Of a DNA stretch of 64,000 bases, positions 34,439-42,372 are shown in pieces (the stretch's first letter is position 1; each line of letters begins with the position of its first letter). The stretch is from the NCBI GenBank assembly GCA_903850505.1, contig CAINLT010000546.1, forward strand, positions 3,849 through 67,848, read 5' to 3'. Under the pieces are notes generated by a model that saw nothing but the letters and a program-made list of their open reading frames with translations, did not search any database and was not told where the DNA came from. The position numbers and the translations under genes are program-made. Origin of the DNA: an uncultured Myxococcales bacterium (GTDB lineage Bacteria; Myxococcota_A; UBA9042).

Positions 34439-35110
34439 TTACAGTTTCGCCCAGCCGTCCGGCGCCGTCGGATTCTGCAGCGACAATTCGTCTGAAACGC
34501 CGGAATGAGAAACCGATTTCAGCGAAGTCGACAGCCACTGGAACATCTGGCGGAACTGCAGGCCGCGCAGCATCAGCGGTTGGCGCACGCTCAGTTGGCC
34601 GAGGATGTCCAGGTTCGCCTCGCCCACGCCGACTGCGAAGAATGCCGATTCCCGCGCCGTTTCAGCATGGCGCACAGCCGCCGCAGCGGGCTGCCACGGG
34701 TCGGAAGGCTCGCCGTCCGTCAGCAGGAACACCCACGGCCGGTAGCACGCGATGCCGTTTTGCCGGTACACGCGCTTGCGATTGCGCACGAGCTCCAAGC
34801 CCGTCGTCACCGCGGCGCCCAGCGGCGTCAGGCCATCGGCGTGCAGGATCGGCGGCTCGAACTGATCGACCGTCGTGAATTCACTGAGCATGCGCACGGA
34901 TCCGCCAAACGTCACAACGGCGAGCTCCACGCGCTTGCGCGCCAGGAGATCCTGGCTCAGCTCGTTCTTGAGCACGGCCAGACCTTCCTGCAGCTCACTG
35001 ATGCGCGCGCCGGACATGGACGCGGACGTGTCCAGCAGCAGGACGCACGCGCACCGCGGCTCCGGATTGGCGGCAAATTCTACGGCGGCAAAAGGTATCT
35101 GTTCCGTCAT
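34439..35110 (-). CDS. von Willebrand factor A domain protein, TerY-like
   Basis: 223 aa. MIDAS region: CVLLLDTSASMSG. Also GLTPLGAA and VFLLTDGEPSD. Confidence 0.8.
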   Translation of the reverse strand: MTEQIPFAAVEFAANPEPRCACVLLLDTSASMSGARISELQEGLAVLKNELSQDLLARKRVELAVVTFGGSVRMLSEFTTVDQFEPPILHADGLTPLGAAVTTGLELVRNRKRVYRQNGIACYRPWVFLLTDGEPSDPWQPAAAAVRHAETARESAFFAVGVGEANLDILGQLSVRQPLMLRGLQFRQMFQWLSTSLKSVSHSGVSDELSLQNPTAPDGWAKL

Positions 35111-35192
35111 GCGTTCGACCTGGCAGACCCGTCAAAGCGGGCACGCGTTCGGCCCAAGCGTAGGGCTGGCGGACGATCCGGTCAATTTGCCA

Positions 35193-36173
35193 TTACGAAA
35201 GCAGCCGCAGGAGCCGCCCCGACTCAAACGGCAGCACGTCATGGGCGAAGTGGATCGCCGCCAGCGCCGCCTCCAACTCCGCGTGTGCCTGCGAGCGCGC
35301 TGCGTGGGCCATCGTCAGGTCAGCGGCGACAAAACGCACGGCATCGCCGTCCCGCAGCTGCGCCAGATGCCGCAGGTCCGCCGAGACGACAACGGCCAGC
35401 TTGGCGTACCCGCCCATCGTCTGGCGATCCGGACCCAGCGCGATCGGCTGCCCGGATGGCGGGACTTGCAGCGCGCCAGTCACCACGCCTTCCGAGACCG
35501 GCTCGACCCCGGGCAGCAGCGCCAACGGCGGCCCCGCCAAACGCAGCCCCATCCGATCGCCGGCGAGCACGCGCCACGGCTGCGCGAGTAGGAGCGGGAG
35601 CGCGTTGGGCTGGAAGAGCGGCAGCTGCGGCGCGGGCAGGACGCGCAGCGTGTTTGCGGGCGTGGGCAGGTGCGCGGGCGGAAGCCGACGGTCGGGCGTG
35701 TCGCGCGCGGGATCGGCGCTGACCGGCAGGCAATCGCCAGACTGCAGCACACGCCCGCCCACGCCGGTGCGTGCGTGAACGGCGCGGCTGCCGAGAACCA
35801 GCGGCGTCAGGATGCCGCCAGCCACCGCCAGCACGCCGTGACGCCCCTGTTGCAGTGGCCCTACGGTCAGGACCTGGCCATCGTGCAGCCGCAGACTGCG
35901 AAAAGTCGGCGCGGGGTGACCATCCACCCGAACGTCGGCCCAGGCGGCGACGGCTACGCGCACGGGACCGCCAACGACGCGCAGGGTGTCGCCGTGCAGC
36001 GCCCACTCCAGCACAGCGACTTCAGGCGGATTGCCGACCAACGCGTTGGCCAGCGACGCCAGCAGCGGATCGGCAAAACCAGCGGGCGAGACGCCGACGT
36101 GCTGCCACGCCAGACGCCCCGCGTCCTGCACCGTCGTGGCCGGACCGGCGTGTTCGACCCGCAGGTGCGTCAT
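35193..36173 (-). CDS. pxpC: 5-oxoprolinase subunit C (allophanate hydrolase subunit 2 / KipA family)
   Basis: 326 aa: TTVQDAGR...GVSPAGFAD...ALVGN, plus LGSRAVHARTGVGG. Confidence 0.8.
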   Translation of the reverse strand: MTHLRVEHAGPATTVQDAGRLAWQHVGVSPAGFADPLLASLANALVGNPPEVAVLEWALHGDTLRVVGGPVRVAVAAWADVRVDGHPAPTFRSLRLHDGQVLTVGPLQQGRHGVLAVAGGILTPLVLGSRAVHARTGVGGRVLQSGDCLPVSADPARDTPDRRLPPAHLPTPANTLRVLPAPQLPLFQPNALPLLLAQPWRVLAGDRMGLRLAGPPLALLPGVEPVSEGVVTGALQVPPSGQPIALGPDRQTMGGYAKLAVVVSADLRHLAQLRDGDAVRFVAADLTMAHAARSQAHAELEAALAAIHFAHDVLPFESGRLLRLLS

Positions 36174-36889
36174 GGCAGCACCTCGCAGCGCGGCGGCGCA
36201 CCGGCCAAATCCGCGGCATCTGTCGGTACGAACCGCACGCGATCGCCGGGCAACAACAGCGACGGCGCAGCGCGGTCCACGGCAAAAAGCCGCACGTCCG
36301 TTCGCCCCAGAATGTGCCAGCCCGACGGCATGGCCAGCGGCATGACAGCCGTTTGTTGGCCGCCAAGGATCAGCGACCCCGCGGGGATCCGCGCGCGGGG
36401 CGTGGCGCGACGCGGCAAGTGCAGGTTTGCCGGCAAGCCCGACAGATAGGCGAATCCGGGCGCAAAACCCAGACAGGCGACCGCATATTCAACGGCGCTG
36501 TGGCGCGCGACGACGTCGGCAGTCGCACAACCCAGCTGCGCGGCCACCCACGCCAGGTCCTCGCCGTCATACACGACGGCAATGTGCCACCGCCGCGCTG
36601 CAGCGGCCGCGGGCTTGGCGCGCAACGCTGCGGGCGGATCGCCTGGCGAATGGCCCGGTCGGCGGGAATTCGCTGAATTCACCAGCGCAGACAGCCGCGC
36701 AACATCGGTCGTGCGCGGATCGAAATGCACGAGCAAGGTCGTGTACGCGGGCACCAGCGCATGCACGCCAGGCAGCGCCGCGGCGGTCAACGCGGCAGCG
36801 AGCGCATGAACGGCAGCCGACGCCTCCGCGCCCGGTTGCGCAGCGCACGTCACGAGCAGCGCTGCATCGCCGAGCGGCGTTAGGGTCAT
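36170..36889 (-). CDS. pxpB: 5-oxoprolinase subunit B (allophanate hydrolase subunit 1 / KipI family)
   Basis: 239 aa: LTPLGDAALLV...VPAYTTLLVHFDP...VACLGFAPGFAYL. It overlaps the pxpC start by 4 nt. Confidence 0.8.
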   Translation of the reverse strand: MTLTPLGDAALLVTCAAQPGAEASAAVHALAAALTAAALPGVHALVPAYTTLLVHFDPRTTDVARLSALVNSANSRRPGHSPGDPPAALRAKPAAAAARRWHIAVVYDGEDLAWVAAQLGCATADVVARHSAVEYAVACLGFAPGFAYLSGLPANLHLPRRATPRARIPAGSLILGGQQTAVMPLAMPSGWHILGRTDVRLFAVDRAAPSLLLPGDRVRFVPTDAADLAGAPPRCEVLP

Positions 36890-36924
36890 GACGGGACGGT
36901 CCTCTCTCGCAGGGGCGTTCGCGC

Positions 36925-37473
36925 TCAGGGGTCGACGGTCTCCAGCTCGCGCGCCAGCGCCTGCAGATCCACGGACAGCTCGGACAACCCGGCGATCGTG
37001 ATTGTCGCCACCCGGCGGTCGCGGCGCAGGAGCGGCGTGCCGCCCGGCTGATGGGCGCGCTGGAGTTGCAGGCGCGCCAAGTGGGCGGTCGCATGCCGCA
37101 GCTGGCGGATGCCGGCCAACGCGACTTGCCTCTGGAAATGCAGCGCAAGCGTGCTGTGCGCGGAACGCAGCGTCTCAAAGACGTCGCGGGTCAGCACCAA
37201 CGCCGTCACCGGCGCGGTCACAACCACCGACGCCGCGCGCGGCGAACCATCCACCAGCGCCAACTGCCCGACCATCGCACCCGGACCCAGGCGCGCCACG
37301 TTCAGGATCTCCGTACCCACGTCCCGCCGCACTTCCACTTCGCCCGTCAGGATGAGGTAGCAGCAGTCGCCTGGCTTGCCCTGCGTGCAGAGGAACGTCT
37401 CAGCCGGAAATCGCCGCGTCTCGGCGATCGCGCGCAGGCGCTCCAGCGTTTGCGGATCCAGCTGTTCGTTCAT
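36925..37473 (-). CDS. stand-alone cyclic-nucleotide-binding (cNMP/CAP-effector) domain protein
   Basis: 182 aa: FLCTQGKPGDCCYLILTGEVEV...GPGAMVGQLALVDGSPRAASVV. No recognisable output domain. Confidence 0.75.
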   Translation of the reverse strand: MNEQLDPQTLERLRAIAETRRFPAETFLCTQGKPGDCCYLILTGEVEVRRDVGTEILNVARLGPGAMVGQLALVDGSPRAASVVVTAPVTALVLTRDVFETLRSAHSTLALHFQRQVALAGIRQLRHATAHLARLQLQRAHQPGGTPLLRRDRRVATITIAGLSELSVDLQALARELETVDP

Positions 37474-37482
37474 CTTCCGCTC

Positions 37483-38043
37483 CTAGCTTTTGCTGAGCCG
37501 CGACCACAGGCGGCCAAAAATGCCAGAATCCGTCGCACCCACGGTCGTCTCGTCCACCGGCGCGTGTCCGCCCAGCAAGGCCTCAATCTGGCCGTTCACC
37601 TGACGAATCCGGTCCGTCAGCAGCGCCGTCACGGACGCCAGCACCGCCGAAGCCGCCGCCGGCGCTGTCTCCTCCAGCAGCATCAGATCCTCGACCGCCA
37701 ACTCGTACAGCACGCAATCGCGGCGCGCCACGACGCTCGCCGACCGCGGCCCCAAATCCAGCAGCGCCATCTCACCGACAAACTCGCCCGGTCCCACACG
37801 CGCCACTTCCAGCTCATCCTGCGACACGCCTTCTTGCCAGCGCACGGAGAGCTCTCCCTGCGTCACCAGGTGCATCGTCCCGCCCGGATCGCCCTGTTCA
37901 AACAGCTGGGCGCCGAGATCGAGGCGCCGACGCCGCAGCGAACCGGCCAGCGTCAGGAGGTCGCGGTCGGTCAATTGGCCAAATGCCGGGATTTTCCGCA
38001 GCACCATCGTCAGGGGCAAATCCGCCATCGTTCGTTCTCCCAT
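37483..38043 (-). CDS. stand-alone cyclic-nucleotide-binding domain protein
   Basis: 186 aa: IPAFGQLTDRDLLTLAG...LFEQGDPGGTMHLVTQGELSV...GPGEFVGEMALLDLGPRSASVV. Confidence 0.75.
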   Translation of the reverse strand: MGERTMADLPLTMVLRKIPAFGQLTDRDLLTLAGSLRRRRLDLGAQLFEQGDPGGTMHLVTQGELSVRWQEGVSQDELEVARVGPGEFVGEMALLDLGPRSASVVARRDCVLYELAVEDLMLLEETAPAAASAVLASVTALLTDRIRQVNGQIEALLGGHAPVDETTVGATDSGIFGRLWSRLSKS

Positions 38044-38121
38044 CGCCTGTTGCCAAGCGTAGTCGCGCTGTGCCGCCGGTCAAGCCTTGCCGGAACGCCG
38101 CAGCGTCGCTACCGTCACGAC

Positions 38122-38862
38122 ATGGCGCAAATCGACCTGAACGCGGATCTGGGCGAAGGCATGCCGTTTGACGCGGCGCTGCTCGACGTCGTGACGTCGG
38201 CCAACGTGGCGTGTGGCGGGCATGCGGGCGACGCGGCGACGATGCGCCAAACGGTGCTGGCTGCCAAACTGCGGCACGTCGTGGTCGGCGCGCATCCGGG
38301 CTGGCCAGATCGGCGACATTTCGGCCGGATGCGGATGGAAATGCCGCGGGCGGCCTTGCGCGCGGCGCTCCAGGACCAAGTGACGGCGCTTGCGGCTATT
38401 GCCCGGGAGCTGGATTGGCCGGTGGATTACCTGAAACTCCACGGCGCGCTGGCCAATCAAGTCGCGGAAGATGCGGAAATGGCCCGGACGGTCGGCGAGG
38501 CGGCGCGCGCGGCGGGTTTGGGCTGGCTGGTCATGGCGCAAACGGCGATGCACAAAGTGGCGGTGGAGATGGCCATCGCGCACCGGACTGAGGCTTTCGC
38601 CGACCGCAGCTATGGCGAAAATGGCCTGTTGACCCCGCGCGACCAACCCGGCGCGGTGCTGCACGATCCCGACCACGTGGCGGATCGCGCGCTGGAGATG
38701 CTGCAGCGCCAGGCGTTGCCACTGGCCAACGGCGCGTGGCTGCCGACGCGCATCGATTCCCTGTGCGTGCACGGCGACACGCCCGAGGCGCTGGCGCTTG
38801 CGACGCGGCTGCGGACGCAGCTGGAAGGCGCGGGCTGGCAGGTGCGCGCGCTCGATTGGTAG
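38122..38862 (+). CDS. pxpA: 5-oxoprolinase subunit A (LamB/YcsF family)
   Basis: 246 aa from ATG 38122: MAQIDLNADLGEGMPFD...SANVACGGHAGD...VGAHPGWPD...LKLHGAL...SLCVHGD. Confidence 0.88.
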   Translation: MAQIDLNADLGEGMPFDAALLDVVTSANVACGGHAGDAATMRQTVLAAKLRHVVVGAHPGWPDRRHFGRMRMEMPRAALRAALQDQVTALAAIARELDWPVDYLKLHGALANQVAEDAEMARTVGEAARAAGLGWLVMAQTAMHKVAVEMAIAHRTEAFADRSYGENGLLTPRDQPGAVLHDPDHVADRALEMLQRQALPLANGAWLPTRIDSLCVHGDTPEALALATRLRTQLEGAGWQVRALDW

Positions 38863-38937
38863 TCCAGCCACGAGGTTTGCGCGCCCCATTCGTATGGGTT
38901 ACAAACACGGCCGTTTTTGCGCCATCAGGAGACTCCC

Positions 38938-40509
38938 GTGAATTTTCGCCTGTCGACTCTTTTGCAGACTATTCCAAGCACTTGCGCGCTGGTGGCGCTG
39001 GCCGCCTGTGGCGGAGGGCAGAGCCAAATCGCCAAGAGCCTGGCGGATCGCGAGAACTCGACGTACCTGAAAGTGTGCGAAGAGCGCGCGGCGCGGCAGG
39101 CGTCCGACCTGTCCAGCGGCGCCTACAATCCGCCGGTGCTGTACGTCCACGACTGGCAGGGACAGTCGCAGAATCTGCTGCCGGAATCGCGTGTTATCGC
39201 GGCGCTTGAAGCGGGCGAAGTCAAGACGATGTCCATCCTGGCGCGCGGCGGGCTCGGGAAAACGCGGCTGGCGGAGTCTGTGCGCGCGGACTTGTGCGCC
39301 GTGCTGCCCGTGTTTGCCATCGACCTGAAGGAAGTCGCCAAGGTCACGACGCCGGGTAATCCGGTCATCGCCGTTATCGCCAAGGAAGCGGGCGTGGACG
39401 CGGCGCAGCTGACGCCGCAGCTCGCGGAAGGTCGCCTGCTGGTGCTGGCGGACGGCATTGAGGAAGTCGATCTCGTCAGCCGCGGTAAAGTGATTGCGGC
39501 GCTGAGGGATCTGTCCGCGTTGGTGCCCGCCGCGCAGATCGTGCTTCTGGCGCGGCCGCCGGTGCTGGACGCCGATTACGGGTTCACGCCGGTGGACGCC
39601 CGCCTGGAAATCCAGCCGCTGGAGTGCAAAACGACGGAGGCGTTTGTCGCGCGGAGCTACAAGGACGACGTGACGCGCGAGCAGTTCAAGCTGTTCCTGA
39701 AGCGCTATGGCCTGGACGAGCAGTCCAAGTTCGGCGTCCAGTGCACGTTCCCGTACCTGTCGACCTACCGCGACGTGCTGACAATGGCCGATTTTCATCA
39801 GAAATCGCAGGATCCCGCGTCGGGCATTATCGCCAGCCGGAGCAACGTTTATGAGGCGCTGATCGGCGTGCGGCTGAAGAAAGAGCTGGAGAACCTCGGC
39901 TGGACGCAGACGGAAGCGCTGGACATGGTGGACCGCATGCTGCGCGTGCAGGTTGAAACCAAGGGTTTTCGCGAGCCGCATTTTGACCTGGAAAGCTGCG
40001 CGAAGGCGATTGACGCGCGTTGGGGCACGACGGCGGTGGACGCGGGCGTGGCGGGCACGCCGGAAGAGCGCCGCAAGCATGTGTGCGAAAAGACCTTCCA
40101 ATCCGCGCTGTTCGTGCCGGCTGATGGCAAGGGCGCGTACAAGTTCGCCGACATCGCGACGACCGACCTGTTCCTGGCGCGCTGGCTGAACAACGCGCTC
40201 AGCCGCCCCAGCAATTTTGACTGCGGCGTGTTGACCAAGCAGCCGGAACTGCTCACTTCCAACAACGTCGTGGAGTTCCTGATCGGCCAGCCGCTGGGCC
40301 AGCGCTGCCTCGCGCAAGTGTTGGACGATCGCTGCGGCCGCGACGCCAAGTCTGCGCAGGACATTGGCCTGTTCGACGAAGGCCTGCCGATTGGCGCCGC
40401 GCGCAAGCAGGCGCTCGCGGATGCCCACGCGGTCGAGTCGACGATGAAACACAAGAATTGCGTGATGGCAGCGCTCAAAACGCTCGACGGCACGATTTCT
40501 TCTCCGTGA
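38938..40509 (+). CDS. STAND/NACHT-like P-loop NTPase carrying an N-terminal lipoprotein-type signal sequence
   Basis: GTG 38938 lies 6 nt after AGGAG. Signal: VNFRLSTLLQTIPSTCALVALAACGGG (lipobox LAAC). Walker A: ILARGGLGKTRLAE. Walker B: RLLVLADGIEEVD. A helical C-terminal region of about 300 aa follows. Confidence 0.6.
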   Translation: MNFRLSTLLQTIPSTCALVALAACGGGQSQIAKSLADRENSTYLKVCEERAARQASDLSSGAYNPPVLYVHDWQGQSQNLLPESRVIAALEAGEVKTMSILARGGLGKTRLAESVRADLCAVLPVFAIDLKEVAKVTTPGNPVIAVIAKEAGVDAAQLTPQLAEGRLLVLADGIEEVDLVSRGKVIAALRDLSALVPAAQIVLLARPPVLDADYGFTPVDARLEIQPLECKTTEAFVARSYKDDVTREQFKLFLKRYGLDEQSKFGVQCTFPYLSTYRDVLTMADFHQKSQDPASGIIASRSNVYEALIGVRLKKELENLGWTQTEALDMVDRMLRVQVETKGFREPHFDLESCAKAIDARWGTTAVDAGVAGTPEERRKHVCEKTFQSALFVPADGKGAYKFADIATTDLFLARWLNNALSRPSNFDCGVLTKQPELLTSNNVVEFLIGQPLGQRCLAQVLDDRCGRDAKSAQDIGLFDEGLPIGAARKQALADAHAVESTMKHKNCVMAALKTLDGTISSP

Positions 40510-40592
40510 CAAGCCCCTGACAGTTCTGTTAGTCTTTCGCGCGGTCTGCTCGGTGGACCGTCAACCGAATCTTTTTGCCAGAGGACATGCCC

Positions 40593-42155
40593 ATGAATCG
40601 CTTGAATCCCAGTTTCTACGGCGTGCGACGCGCCTTGACCCTTCTCACCGCTGGCCTCGCCCTTGCGGCGTCGATCAGCGCGTGCGGCAGCAGCACCACC
40701 GGCGACGGCGGCGCGACGACGACCGACACGACCATCGACACGCTGGCCGACACCGCAGGTGGCACCGACGCGACGAGCGGCGGTACGGACGCGACGGCTG
40801 ATGTGGCGAAGGACATCAAGAAGGTTGACGTTCAGGTTGCCGTGGACAAGGACAACACGATTGAGACCGCGACGCCGCTGACCGTGGCGTCGACCGCTGC
40901 GCCGCAGAATCCGGCGTCGGACACGCTCGACCCGACGGGCGACGTGGACTACTACAGCTTCACGGGCAAGAAGGGCGACCTCATCTACATCTACCTGCAG
41001 GCGCAGTCGCTGACGACGGCGTTTGACCCGGACACGCTGGACACGATCCTGACGCTGTACGGTCCGGACAAGAAGCAGATCGCGTTTGACGACGACCCGG
41101 CGAGCCGCCTGAACAACGACAGCGAGCTGTTCACGTACCTGCCGGCTGACGGCACCTACTACGTGCGCGTCGAAGAATGCTGGACGTGGCTGGGCGCGCA
41201 CCCGGAGAAGACCGGCGTCTCGTGCGCGGACCCGAAGGACAAGGGCAACGTCGACTACAACATCGGCGTCGCGACGTTCACCGATTCCGACCCGGGCATC
41301 ACGCTTGAGAAAGAAGTCGGCGACACGATCAAGGAAGCCACTGAAATCATGTGGGAGAAGAACACGCAGGGCAAGTACGTCACCCCGACGCTCATCGGCA
41401 CGTTCAAGGGCCCGGTTGACGTCGACGTCTATCACTTCAACGTTCCGGCTGACATGACGATCACGTCGGGTCGCTCGGTGATGTACTTCGACCTGACCAA
41501 GGGCGGCATCGACGGCAACGGTTCGACGGCGCTCATGGGCGCGGCGTGGATCGCGTCGGAAGCGACCCCGACGGCGATGATTGCGCAGGCGGATCTGGGC
41601 GACGGCAAGAGCACGGGCATCGCGCCGCCGCTGCCGTTCGGCGTCGGCTACTACCTGTTCGTGACGCGTGCGACGGGCGCCGAGACGGCCGCCGAGTTCT
41701 ACTTCTTTGACGCCATCGCCGGCGGCAGCAACCCGGTGGAAGCCAATGACGCCGGCAACGACGCGCCCGCGGGCGCGGAAGTCGTCACGTTCAAGGCCGA
41801 CAGCGGCAACCAGCGCGGCTACTTTGAAGGCGACCTGCTCAAGAGCGGCGCGGACACCGACTGGTGGGTCAGCACGGTTCCGACCGGCGTGGGCGGCGGC
41901 AAGATGTACGTGTTCTGCGGCGCGCAGTCGTCCGGTTCCGGCCTCCGCAACTTCAAGACGGAGCTGTTCAGCGACGCCGGCACCACGGCCATCGCCAACG
42001 GCAGCCAGGTTGAGCCCGTCGACGGCGTCTACATCAAGGACCTGACGACCCCGGCCGATGGCGCGAAGCTGTACATCAAGCTCAGCGCCGGCAGCCAGGC
42101 GGCCGACGTCTCCTCGACGTTCTACCGCTGCGGCGTCCTGTTCCAGGCCCCGTAA
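40593..42155 (+). CDS. lipoprotein with Thr/Gly/Asp-rich linker and three PPC (pre-peptidase C-terminal)-like beta domains
   Basis: Start at ATG 40593 and lipobox SISAC. The domain signature recurs three times: GDVDYYSF..DGTYYVRV, VDVDVYHF, DTDWWVS..LYIKL. Confidence 0.6.
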   Translation: MNRLNPSFYGVRRALTLLTAGLALAASISACGSSTTGDGGATTTDTTIDTLADTAGGTDATSGGTDATADVAKDIKKVDVQVAVDKDNTIETATPLTVASTAAPQNPASDTLDPTGDVDYYSFTGKKGDLIYIYLQAQSLTTAFDPDTLDTILTLYGPDKKQIAFDDDPASRLNNDSELFTYLPADGTYYVRVEECWTWLGAHPEKTGVSCADPKDKGNVDYNIGVATFTDSDPGITLEKEVGDTIKEATEIMWEKNTQGKYVTPTLIGTFKGPVDVDVYHFNVPADMTITSGRSVMYFDLTKGGIDGNGSTALMGAAWIASEATPTAMIAQADLGDGKSTGIAPPLPFGVGYYLFVTRATGAETAAEFYFFDAIAGGSNPVEANDAGNDAPAGAEVVTFKADSGNQRGYFEGDLLKSGADTDWWVSTVPTGVGGGKMYVFCGAQSSGSGLRNFKTELFSDAGTTAIANGSQVEPVDGVYIKDLTTPADGAKLYIKLSAGSQAADVSSTFYRCGVLFQAP

Positions 42156-42176
42156 GCACCCAGCTTCTTCAGCGCG

Positions 42177-42215
42177 CCGGTCCGCGCGTGCCCGCATTTC
42201 GCGCGCGCGGACCGG
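42177..42215 (+). terminator. 12-bp perfect inverted repeat (ccggtccgcgcg / cgcgcggaccgg) 21 nt after the PPC-lipoprotein stop
   Basis: Read directly. The loop is 15 nt and there is no U-tract, which is common in high-GC genomes. Confidence 0.35.
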
Positions 42216-42372
42216 CAGTCGCCTCCTGACACAACCCGCGAGATGTGCGCATTGCCAGCCAGCCACTTGGCGATCCTGGGCATTTTGCCGCGAAAGCTTG
42301 TGACCTTGCCGGCAGGCGCTATCTTGGGGACGGTCGGGCAGCCGCTCGTCTATCCGTTCATCTGGAGGTCGC

